Source of the DNA: an uncultured Gemmiger sp.
GTDB taxonomy: Bacteria; Bacillota; Clostridia; Oscillospirales; Ruminococcaceae
DNA length: 64,000 nt
Direction of reading: 5' to 3'
Assembly: GCA_944386225.1 (NCBI GenBank)
Contig: CALXAH010000001.1
Location: 108,161-172,160 of the forward strand
In this document: positions 50,326-57,759 of the stretch, piece after piece
How the letters are laid out: each line of letters begins with the position of its first letter
How positions within the stretch are numbered: position 1 is the first letter of the stretch
Position numbers and translations under genes: made by a program
The notes under the pieces: model-generated
The model's database searches: none
What the model was told of the DNA's origin: nothing
Seen by the model: only the letters and a program-made list of their open reading frames with translations

Positions 50326-50976
50326 ATGAGCCGGTATTTTGCACATGCACGGGAACCAATGAACAGCTACACCCATTTCTGGGGCGCGGTGCTGAGCGGT
50401 GTGGGGATTCTGGCGCTGCTGGGCCGGGGCCTGGCCCGGAACGCGGCGGGGCCGGTACTGGCCGGGGCGCTGCTGTTCGGGGTATCGCTGGTGGCGCTGT
50501 ACTCGGCCAGCAGCGTATACCATTACGCGCTCTGCGCGGGGCGGCGGCTGCTGCGGCTGCGCAAGCTGGATCACGCCATGATCTATGTGCTGATCGCGGG
50601 CAGCTATACCCCGCTGTGCGCCAAATACCTGGCCCCGGGCAAGCGGGAGATCTTTCTGGCCTGCATCTGGGCCGCAGCCGCGGCGGGCATCCTGCTCAAG
50701 CTGCTCTGGCTGGACGCGCCCCGCTGGGTCTGCACCGGGCTGTACCTGGCGCTGGGCTGGTCGATCATGGTGGATCTGCCCGCCTTTGCCGCCATGCCCG
50801 CCGGATGTCTGGCGCTGGTGGCCGCGGGCGGTGTGTGCTACTCGGCGGGCGCGGTGATCTACTGGCTCAAAAAGCCCAACCTGAGCGCCCGGTGGGGGTT
50901 CCATGAACTGTTCCACCTGTTCATCCTGGCGGGCAGCGCCTGCCATTTTGCCGCGGTGTTTTTCTTTGTGCTGTAA
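50326..50976 (+). CDS. Hemolysin III / PAQR family channel protein
   Basis: 216 aa, 7 TM helices, with 'NSYTHFWGAVLS', 'LDHAMIYVLIAGSYTP' and 'HELFHLFILAGS'. Confidence 0.9.
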   Translation: MSRYFAHAREPMNSYTHFWGAVLSGVGILALLGRGLARNAAGPVLAGALLFGVSLVALYSASSVYHYALCAGRRLLRLRKLDHAMIYVLIAGSYTPLCAKYLAPGKREIFLACIWAAAAAGILLKLLWLDAPRWVCTGLYLALGWSIMVDLPAFAAMPAGCLALVAAGGVCYSAGAVIYWLKKPNLSARWGFHELFHLFILAGSACHFAAVFFFVL

Positions 50977-50984
50977 CAGCGAGA

Positions 50985-51010
50985 GCCGGGCCACGGGGCC
51001 CGGCCTTTGC
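50985..51010. terminator. Hairpin between convergent genes
   Basis: 8-bp stem: GCCGGGCC pairs with GGCCCGGC. CTTTGCTG follows. Confidence 0.5.
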
Positions 51011-51022
51011 TGTGGATTTCAA

Positions 51023-51658
51023 TTATAATAACTCCGGCAGACCGGCCAGGGTGTCGATGACCGGCACACCGGCGGTTTCCAGGGTGGCGCGGGGCTGGTG
51101 CCCGGCGGCGCAGAGCACGCAGCGTGCGCCCAGCTCCCGGGCTACCTCCGCGTCGTGGAGGGTGTCCCCCACCAGGACGGCGCGGGCGGGATCGATGCCG
51201 CTGCGGGCGATCCAGTCCCGGCCCAGCTGCACCTTGCTGCGGGCGTAGATGTCGGACAGGCCCAGCAGTTCCTCAAACCAGCCGGTAACCTGCAGGTTTT
51301 CGGTCTGGCGGCGCAGAGTGGTCAGGGGCGAGGCGGACAGGATCACCTGCCGGCAGCCCGCATCCCGCACGGCGGCCAGCACCGCGGGGGCGTCGGCAGC
51401 CAGCGGGCAGGCCATGCTGTGGGGGATATAGAACTGCATATACCGCTCGGCCAGGTCGGCAAAGGAATCTTTGGAAAAATCAAAGCCCGCCCGGCGGTAA
51501 TAGTCCTCGATGGGAAAGCCGAAGATCCCCTGGTACCGGGCCCGGTCGTACCGCTGGGGATAGCCGAACTGAGCCAGCAGCCAGTTCAGGCCGTCCACAC
51601 AGAGATCCACATCGTCCAGCAGGGTACCGTTCCAGTCCCAGATCACGTATTCGGTCAC
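51023..51658 (-). CDS. HAD family hydrolase (phosphoglycolate-phosphatase-like subfamily IA)
   Basis: 211 aa. Motif I variant 'VIWDWNGTLLDD', then 'ILSAS' and 'VGDTLHD'. GTG start with AAGGAGG 7 nt upstream. Confidence 0.82.
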   Translation of the reverse strand: MTEYVIWDWNGTLLDDVDLCVDGLNWLLAQFGYPQRYDRARYQGIFGFPIEDYYRRAGFDFSKDSFADLAERYMQFYIPHSMACPLAADAPAVLAAVRDAGCRQVILSASPLTTLRRQTENLQVTGWFEELLGLSDIYARSKVQLGRDWIARSGIDPARAVLVGDTLHDAEVARELGARCVLCAAGHQPRATLETAGVPVIDTLAGLPELL

Positions 51659-51686
51659 AGGGGAGCCTCCTTTCCAGGCAGGGAAA

Positions 51687-52202
51687 TCAGCGGAAAAGCT
51701 TCTGCAGCGCGGGGTTGGTTTCGATCAGCTTTACCAGGGCCACACCCAGGATGCTGCAGCAGATGATCTCGCCCAGGCCCACGGTCAGGGCGTTGAAGGC
51801 GGCGGCGGGCAGGGTGGCGGCGGCGTCCGGCACGAAGAAGGTCAGTTCCAGCGCGCCCACGATCACCGCGTTGACCAGCACCGGAGGCAGGCTGGCCGGA
51901 ATGGCCAGGCCGCGGATGCGCACATTCCGCAGCAGCCAGGTGCCCACGGCGGCCACCAGGGTGGCGGCGGTGCCGAAGATCACATCGATGGGGGTGCTGC
52001 CCAGCAGGTTGGCCAGGAAGCAGCCCAGCACCGAGGAAACAATGTACTCGGGGCCGAATACCGGCAGCATGACCAGGGCTTCGGCGATGCGGAACTGCAC
52101 CGGCCCGAAGGCGGCGTAGCCCAGCACTAGGCAGAGCACCGTGTAGACAGCGGCCAGCAGGGCGCAGCGAACAAGACGACGGGTACGATTGGTTTTTTGC
52201 AT
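51687..52202 (-). CDS. queT: Queuosine precursor transporter QueT
   Basis: 171 aa, polytopic, with 'GPVQFRIAEALVMLPVF', typical of QueT (ECF S-component-like). Confidence 0.85.
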   Translation of the reverse strand: MQKTNRTRRLVRCALLAAVYTVLCLVLGYAAFGPVQFRIAEALVMLPVFGPEYIVSSVLGCFLANLLGSTPIDVIFGTAATLVAAVGTWLLRNVRIRGLAIPASLPPVLVNAVIVGALELTFFVPDAAATLPAAAFNALTVGLGEIICCSILGVALVKLIETNPALQKLFR

Positions 52203-52328
52203 AATAATACACTCCGGCGGAAAGATTTTGCCCGCCGCGGCACCGCCAGGTCCGCGGGGGTGGTCCGCGCTTTGCGCGCGGCGGGCCTAAAATCCTAAGT
52301 TGCCCGGCGCGGCCGGAAAGGCCGCACG
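52203..52328 (-). ncRNA. Structured 5' leader of queT, a candidate preQ1 riboswitch (class not determined; class III is plausible)
   Basis: About 125 nt lie between a strong promoter and the queT ATG. Several GC hairpins are present: GCGGCC..GGCCGC, CCGCGC-GCAAA-GCGCGG and CTGGCGG..CCGCCGG. The last of these reaches the GGAG SD. The call rests on gene association only; I could not verify a consensus match. Confidence 0.4.
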
Positions 52329-52334
52329 GATGGT

Positions 52335-52363
52335 ATTATACCGCGCTTTTGCGCCCTGTGCAA
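52335..52363 (-). promoter_or_regulatory. Sigma-A-type promoter of queT
   Basis: On the minus strand: TTGCAC (52358..52363), a 17-nt spacer, then TATAAT (52335..52340). Confidence 0.7.
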
Positions 52364-52428
52364 GCAAAAAATGAGCCGGGGGAGATACCCTCTCCCCCGG
52401 CCCCGGTTTTGCGGTTATGTATGGCAGC

Positions 52429-53301
52429 TCAGCGACGGGCCGCGCCCAGATAGACCAGGGCGATGGCGTCCGGGCCGGTGTTGCTGGAGACGGCGGCGCC
52501 CAGGTGGAACACCTGCACCGGCGGATGGCCGAACTCCTTTTTGCACTGACGCACCAGATCGTCCACACAGGCCACGTCGGTATAACCGATCATGTAGTCC
52601 TCGTTTTTGATGTCGGTGGCGCGGGCGGCGGCCAGCTTCACCATGGCGGGCAGCACCGCGGCGTCGCCGCGCACCTTGTTCTGCACCACGCTGACCCCGT
52701 CGATCAGGCTGATCACCGGACGCAGGCCCAGCAGCTCACCGGCAAAGGCGGCCGCGGCGCTGATGCGGCCGCTCTTCTTCATCTGCTTCAGGCTGAACGC
52801 CGCCAGAATCGCCTCGCTGCGGGCGTAGGTCTGCTCCAGTTCGGCAACGGCCATCCGCATCTCGCCGCCGTTGCGGATCTTGCGGGCGGCCTCGCAGATG
52901 GGCCAGCCCTGCACCATGGAGTAGGTGTGGCTGTCCACCAGATGAATCTTCAGGTTGTGGCCGGGGCGTTCCTCCTCCAGCATGTCCATCGCCATGCGGG
53001 CGGCGTCGTAGGTGGCGCTGCCGGTGGAGTTCAGGGTCACGTGCAGTACCTCGGTGTACTCCTCGTCCACATACTTGCAGTACTGCTCACAGAACCGGAT
53101 GGCGGTGATGTGGGCGGTGCTGGGCACGCCCTTGCCGTTGCGCAGCATGTCGTAGAACTGCTCCATGGTAAAGTCCTGCCGTTCGGTATAGCTCACGCCG
53201 TCCAGCGTGATGGTAAAGGGCAGGATGTCGATGCCGTACCGGGCTTCCAGCTCAGCGGGGATGTCGCAGGCGGAGTCGGTGAGGATGGCGATCTTGCTCA
53301 T
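52429..53301 (-). CDS. DegV family fatty-acid-binding protein (second copy in this window)
   Basis: 290 aa with 'KIAILTDSACDIP' and 'NSTGSATYDAA'. Confidence 0.9.
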   Translation of the reverse strand: MSKIAILTDSACDIPAELEARYGIDILPFTITLDGVSYTERQDFTMEQFYDMLRNGKGVPSTAHITAIRFCEQYCKYVDEEYTEVLHVTLNSTGSATYDAARMAMDMLEEERPGHNLKIHLVDSHTYSMVQGWPICEAARKIRNGGEMRMAVAELEQTYARSEAILAAFSLKQMKKSGRISAAAAFAGELLGLRPVISLIDGVSVVQNKVRGDAAVLPAMVKLAAARATDIKNEDYMIGYTDVACVDDLVRQCKKEFGHPPVQVFHLGAAVSSNTGPDAIALVYLGAARR

Positions 53302-53328
53302 CGATAAAACCTCGCTTCCAAAAAAAGT

Positions 53329-53826
53329 TCAGTCCCAGTCGTATTCCCGCAGGCGGCCGGCGTTCTGCAGCGCGGGAAAATCCCACTGGCGCAGCGCCTC
53401 GTACACCCCTACGGCCACGGTATTGGACAGATTCAGGCTGCGTGCCTCGCCCCGCATGGGAAGCCGTACACAGCTGGCGGGATTCTTCACCAGCAGGGAT
53501 TCCGGCAGACCGGCGTCCTCCCGGCCAAAAACCAGGTAGGCGCCGTCGGGGTAGGCCACGTCGGTATAACGATTTTTCGCTTTTGTGGTGAAATAGTAGA
53601 ACGGGCCGGAACTGCGGGCAAAAAAGTCGTCCAGCCCCTCATAATATGTTATATCCAACAGGTGCCAATAGTCAAGCCCCGCCCGCTTGAGTTTTCGGTC
53701 ATCCACCGTAAATCCCATCGGCCCCACCAGATGCAGGCGGGCGCCGGTGGCGGCACAGGTGCGGGCGATGTTGCCGCTGTTCTGGGGAATCTGGGGTTCC
53801 ACCAGCACGATGTTCAGCTGCGGCAT
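53329..53826 (-). CDS. trmL: tRNA (cytidine/uridine(34)-2'-O)-methyltransferase TrmL (SpoU/TrmH family)
   Basis: 165 aa with 'NIVLVEPQIPQNSGNIARTCAATG' and 'RSLNLSNTVAVGVYEA'. Confidence 0.9.
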   Translation of the reverse strand: MPQLNIVLVEPQIPQNSGNIARTCAATGARLHLVGPMGFTVDDRKLKRAGLDYWHLLDITYYEGLDDFFARSSGPFYYFTTKAKNRYTDVAYPDGAYLVFGREDAGLPESLLVKNPASCVRLPMRGEARSLNLSNTVAVGVYEALRQWDFPALQNAGRLREYDWD

Positions 53827-53829
53827 GGC

Positions 53830-54660
53830 TCAGCCCTCCCGCACCGGGGCCAGACGGCCCAGCAGCGGCTCGTACCAGACGCCCAGCCGGGTATCGGCGG
53901 CGGGGCCGGTGTGGCTGATGGCCTGCCAGACAAACTCCGCGGCCATATCGGCGGCGGCGCTCAGGGCGTTGCCCCGCATGAGCGAACCCGCCAGCACCGC
54001 GGCGAACAGGTCGCCGGTGCCGGGGAAGCTGCGGGCCAGCCGGGGTTTCTGCACCAGGAAGGCGGTGCGCCCGGCGGCGCAGACCCCGATGTTCTTGCCC
54101 ATGGGCAGCCCGGTGACCACCACCCCGGTGTTCAGGCTTTCCCGCAGGCGGTCGGCCAGGGCGCAGGCCCAGTCCGGGGTGACGGGGCCTTCCGGCACCG
54201 GCTCGTTCAGCAGCAGACAGGCTTCGGTCAGGTTGGGCAGCACCAGATCCGCCCGGGCAGCCAGCTGCCGGACGGGTTCCACCGCATCTTCCATGCCCTG
54301 GTACAACTTTCCATTGTCGGCCATGGCCGGGTCCAGCAGCTTGAGGGCCGCGGGCCACTGTTCAAATGCCTGGGCGGCGGCGGCCCGGGCGGCATCGTCC
54401 GGCAGGTAGCCGGCAAACACACAGCTGACCTCCAGCCCCAGATCCTTGTACCCGTTCAGGGCCTGTGCCGCAAAGCCCGCGGCATTCATCCGCGCCGGTT
54501 CGCCCAGACCGCCGGTATGGCTGGATAACACCACCGTGGGCACCGGTACCGGCTGAAAGCCCATGGTAGCCAGAACCGGCGCCACGGCCCCCATCCCCGC
54601 CCGGCCCAGGCAGGCCAGGTCATGTACGCACAAAACAACAGGTGGCGCGATCGTTTTCAC
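53830..54660 (-). CDS. Pyridoxal/pyridoxamine kinase (ribokinase superfamily)
   Basis: Motifs 'LCVHDLACLGRAGMGAVAPVL', 'LSSHTGG' and 'GTGDLFAA'. I prefer the GTG at 54660, which has AAGAGGGAGAA upstream. Confidence 0.8.
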   Translation of the reverse strand: MKTIAPPVVLCVHDLACLGRAGMGAVAPVLATMGFQPVPVPTVVLSSHTGGLGEPARMNAAGFAAQALNGYKDLGLEVSCVFAGYLPDDAARAAAAQAFEQWPAALKLLDPAMADNGKLYQGMEDAVEPVRQLAARADLVLPNLTEACLLLNEPVPEGPVTPDWACALADRLRESLNTGVVVTGLPMGKNIGVCAAGRTAFLVQKPRLARSFPGTGDLFAAVLAGSLMRGNALSAAADMAAEFVWQAISHTGPAADTRLGVWYEPLLGRLAPVREG

Positions 54661-54959
54661 AGTTCTCCCTCTTTTCCGCAAAGCGGCATTCCCACAGCCC
54701 GAACCGGTCCACACAACACCGGGGCTTGTTCCGCTTTTCTTCCTTTACAGCCCGCCGGCGCGCAGAGATTCCCTGCGCGCCGGCGGGCCTTTGGCCTTTA
54801 TTATAGCACACCGGCAAAACAAAAAACAGCAGTTTCTGCCGCCTGTGCAGGACTGGCCGGGTAAACGACAGCTTTGGCATCCCGGGTATGAACCGGCTTT
54901 GCCGGGGCACACTAGCTGTGTACCGCCCCAGAGCGGAACCGCAAAGGAGGATACAAGCA

Positions 54960-55157
54960 ATGGATAAAAACACGTCTGCCATGATGAGCGCCGCCGCCCC
55001 GGCCATGCTGGGGATCGCGGCGGTGGCCGCCGTAGGCGCGGCGGGCACCGCCATGGTCCGCAGCAAACGCAAACCCGCCAAACGCATGGCCCGCAAGGTT
55101 GCCAAGGGCGCCGAAAAGGCCGTGATGCAGATGGACCGGATGCTGCGCCAGTTCTGA
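54960..55157 (+). CDS. Small protein with one hydrophobic helix and a Lys/Arg-rich tail; hypothetical
   Basis: 65 aa. AAGGAGG lies 9 nt upstream of the ATG. A strong hairpin lies downstream. Confidence 0.5.
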   Translation: MDKNTSAMMSAAAPAMLGIAAVAAVGAAGTAMVRSKRKPAKRMARKVAKGAEKAVMQMDRMLRQF

Positions 55158-55173
55158 CGCCTTGCCCCGGCAG

Positions 55174-55207
55174 AACGATACCCCGGGCCGCGGCCCGGGG
55201 TATCGTT
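55174..55207. terminator. Strong hairpin between convergent genes
   Basis: Perfect 16-bp stem: AACGATACCCCGGGCC pairs with GGCCCGGGGTATCGTT. The T-tract is weak. Confidence 0.6.
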
Positions 55208-55241
55208 ATACGTAAAGGATATTTTCTGTATTTTATACAGA

Positions 55242-56933
55242 TCAGGCGGTGGCCCGGGCGTTCTCGCAGCTCTTGGTCAGGGCGGTGAGGATATCGCCAT
55301 GGGCGTCCCGCAGGCTCATGGTGGCGCCGGCGGTCAGGTCGGCCAGCACGGTCTGCTCGTCCTCGGTCAGGGCGTCAAACTTGGCCTTGTCCTCCTCGCT
55401 GGACTTGTCGGTGATCTTCAGCGGGCGGCCGTTGCCGTCGGAGCAGCTGGCCGCAAACCAGGCTTCGATCTCGTCGATGGTCTTGCCGGCGAAGAAAGCC
55501 TCAAAGGCGTCCATCTCCTCGGTCCAGGTGCCGCTGCCCAGCTGGTAGCCGTCGCCGCGCTGGCGCTTGGTCTGCCAGGAGGCAACCTCCTCCAGGAAGC
55601 TCTCGTCGGTGGGCTCGATGGTGCCGTCCACCACGGCGTCATGGTTCTCGTCGTAGTTGTAGGCATCCTGGCCGGGCCAGCCGGAGAAGTGGGGCATGCC
55701 GTCGCCGTCGTAGTTGGGGGTGGCAACCTCCACCTGATCCACATACACGTCCAGCAGTTTGCCGTCCGCATCCAGCAGGGTGGCGGCATAGACGGTGTTG
55801 AAGCTGTAGACCGGCACTTCCTGGTCATCGGAACCGGGGCCCTGGCGGCCGTTGCTCACCACGCCCAGGCCCATGCCGGCGATCTGGTCGGCGGCCACGT
55901 CGATGCCACGGCGGGCGTCGTAGGCGGCACGGATGGCGGACAGGATATCGCCGTGGCCGTCCCGCAGGCTCATGGTGGCGGTGGCGGTCAGGTCAGCCAG
56001 GGCGGCCTGCTCGTCCGCGCTCAGGGCGTCGAACTTGGCCTTGTCCTCCTCGCTGGACTTGTCGGTGATCTTCAGCGGGCGGCCGTTGGAATCGGAGCAG
56101 CTGGCGGCGAACCAGGCCTCCACCTCGTCCACGGTCATGCCCACAAAGAACTGCTCAAAGGCGTTCATCTCGTCGGTCCAGGTGCCGCTGCCCAGCTGGT
56201 AGCCGTCGCCGCGCTCCCGCTTGGTCTGCCAGGCGGCAATCTCCTCCAGGAAGCTCTCATCGGTGGGCTCCAGCACGCTGTCCACCACCGCGTCGTGGTT
56301 CTCGTCGTAGTTGTAGCCGCCCTTGCCGGGGTAGCCGCTGAAATGGGGCATGCCGTCGCCGTCGTAGTTGGGGGTGGCAACCTCCACCTGATCCACGTTC
56401 AGCGCCACGATCTTGCCCTCGCCGTCAAACAGCGCCTGCACCGCCACGGTGTTGAAGCTGTAGACCGGCACTTCCTGATCGTCGGAGCCGGGGCCCTGAC
56501 GGCCGGTGCTCACGATGCCCAGGCCGTGGTACAGGTCGGCGCCTTCCAGGGTCTTGGAGTCGTCCTTCTCCGCGGGCTCCTCATAGGGGTAGGCCGCCGG
56601 ATCCAGGGCGTTGTTCACCGCGGCCACGGCGGCGTTGCTGGTGACGGTGGCCCCCGCCACCAGGTCCACCTCCACGCTGCCCGCCTCGGTCATGGCGGCG
56701 GCCAGGGTTTCCAACGCCTTGCCGCCCAGATCGGGGGTCTCGTTGGGGCCGTCAAAGCTGACGGCGGTGATCTTGCCGCCCTCGGTGGTAACGGTGGCGG
56801 TGATCACGCCGCCGAAACCGTTGGCCTTGCCGGTCAGGGTGACGCTCTCGCCGCCGGCGGACTGGGTCTGGCCGCAGGCGGCCAGGCTCAGAACCATCGC
56901 CGCACAGAGCAGCCATGCGATCCATCGTTTCAT
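55242..56933 (-). CDS. Lipoprotein with an N-terminal FMN-binding domain followed by two tandem copies of a domain of about 200 aa of unknown family
   Basis: Lipobox 'LSLAAC'. FMN_bind-type domain ending 'DLVAGATVTSNAA'. Repeat copies span aa 138-338 and 355-555. GAGAGGAGAA RBS. Confidence 0.85.
   Translation of the reverse strand: MKRWIAWLLCAAMVLSLAACGQTQSAGGESVTLTGKANGFGGVITATVTTEGGKITAVSFDGPNETPDLGGKALETLAAAMTEAGSVEVDLVAGATVTSNAAVAAVNNALDPAAYPYEEPAEKDDSKTLEGADLYHGLGIVSTGRQGPGSDDQEVPVYSFNTVAVQALFDGEGKIVALNVDQVEVATPNYDGDGMPHFSGYPGKGGYNYDENHDAVVDSVLEPTDESFLEEIAAWQTKRERGDGYQLGSGTWTDEMNAFEQFFVGMTVDEVEAWFAASCSDSNGRPLKITDKSSEEDKAKFDALSADEQAALADLTATATMSLRDGHGDILSAIRAAYDARRGIDVAADQIAGMGLGVVSNGRQGPGSDDQEVPVYSFNTVYAATLLDADGKLLDVYVDQVEVATPNYDGDGMPHFSGWPGQDAYNYDENHDAVVDGTIEPTDESFLEEVASWQTKRQRGDGYQLGSGTWTEEMDAFEAFFAGKTIDEIEAWFAASCSDGNGRPLKITDKSSEEDKAKFDALTEDEQTVLADLTAGATMSLRDAHGDILTALTKSCENARATA
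55269..56522 (-). repeat. Intragenic tandem duplication: two units offset by 651 nt
   Basis: Units at 55269..55871 and 55920..56522. A hand alignment gives about 40 mismatches over about 198 aa with no gaps. Long identical DNA runs occur, for example CTTGGCCTTGTCCTCCTCGCTGGACTTGTCGGTGATCTTCAGCGGGCGGCCGTTG. Confidence 0.9.
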
Positions 56934-57007
56934 AGATTCTTTTCTCCTCTCTTTGTTCCCGGTTGCGGGGGATACCCCCGGGGTTGTTTTTATTCTACAA
57001 AGGGATT

Positions 57008-57047
57008 TTGTCAGAACCTTGTCAGCAAAATAAACCGTTGTTATAAT
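57008..57047 (+). promoter_or_regulatory. Promoter of the OmpR-type two-component operon, with direct-repeat boxes
   Basis: TTGTCAG at 57008 and again at 57019 (11-nt phasing). The second copy serves as the -35 TTGTCA, followed by a 17-nt spacer and TATAAT (57042..57047). A third TTGTCA lies at 57060. Confidence 0.65.
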
Positions 57048-57081
57048 GAAAAAAGAAATTTGTCAACACGGAGGGATCCCG

Positions 57082-57759
57082 ATGGCAACGCTGCTGTTGG
57101 TGGACGACAACGAACAGATCCTGCAGGTGCTGGACCGGTATGCCCAGGCCCAGGGCCACGAAACCGTGCTGGCCCGCACCGGCGACGAGGCACTGGCGGC
57201 CTTTGCCGCCCGGGAACCGGATCTGGTGCTGCTGGACGTGATGCTGCCCGGGCCGGACGGGTTTGCGGTGTGCCGTGCCATCCGCCGCCAGAGCCTGACC
57301 CCGGTGATCATGATTACCGCCCGCAGCGAGGACGAGGACCGGATTCTGGGGCTGGATACCGGGGCGGACGATTATGTGGTAAAGCCCTTTTCCCCCAGCG
57401 AGGTGATGGCCCGGGTGCGGGCGGTGCTGCGGCGGGTGCCCCCCGCCCGGCAGCCGGAGGTATTCCGTACCGGGGCGCTGGCCATCGACCTGCAGACCTT
57501 TACGGTGCAGGTGGCGGGGCAGCCGGTGGCGCTGACCCGCCGGGCCGCCGAGATCCTGTGGACACTGGCCCGGCGGCCCCGGCAGGTATTCACCCGGGAA
57601 ATGCTGCTGGAGATGCTGTGGGGCCCGGACTATCTGGGGGACGTACGGGCGGTGGACAGCCAGATCAAGCGGATGCGCAGCGTGCTGGCGGATGTTCCCG
57701 GCCGGGATTTTGAGATCCGCACTGTATGGGGAGTGGGGTATCAGTTTGAAAAAGCGTGA
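57082..57759 (+). CDS. OmpR/PhoB-family response regulator
   Basis: Motifs 'LLLVDDNE', 'DLVLLDVMLPG' and winged-helix 'VWGVGYQF'. GGAGGG RBS upstream of the ATG at 57082. Confidence 0.92.
   Translation: MATLLLVDDNEQILQVLDRYAQAQGHETVLARTGDEALAAFAAREPDLVLLDVMLPGPDGFAVCRAIRRQSLTPVIMITARSEDEDRILGLDTGADDYVVKPFSPSEVMARVRAVLRRVPPARQPEVFRTGALAIDLQTFTVQVAGQPVALTRRAAEILWTLARRPRQVFTREMLLEMLWGPDYLGDVRAVDSQIKRMRSVLADVPGRDFEIRTVWGVGYQFEKA

Noticed and set aside
55269-56522. Whether the tandem 651-nt repeat is a DGR template/variable pair or a CRISPR-like array
   Set aside because: Both copies are in-frame parts of one gene. The differences between copies are not adenine-specific. There is no reverse transcriptase gene nearby and no short repeat-spacer periodicity.
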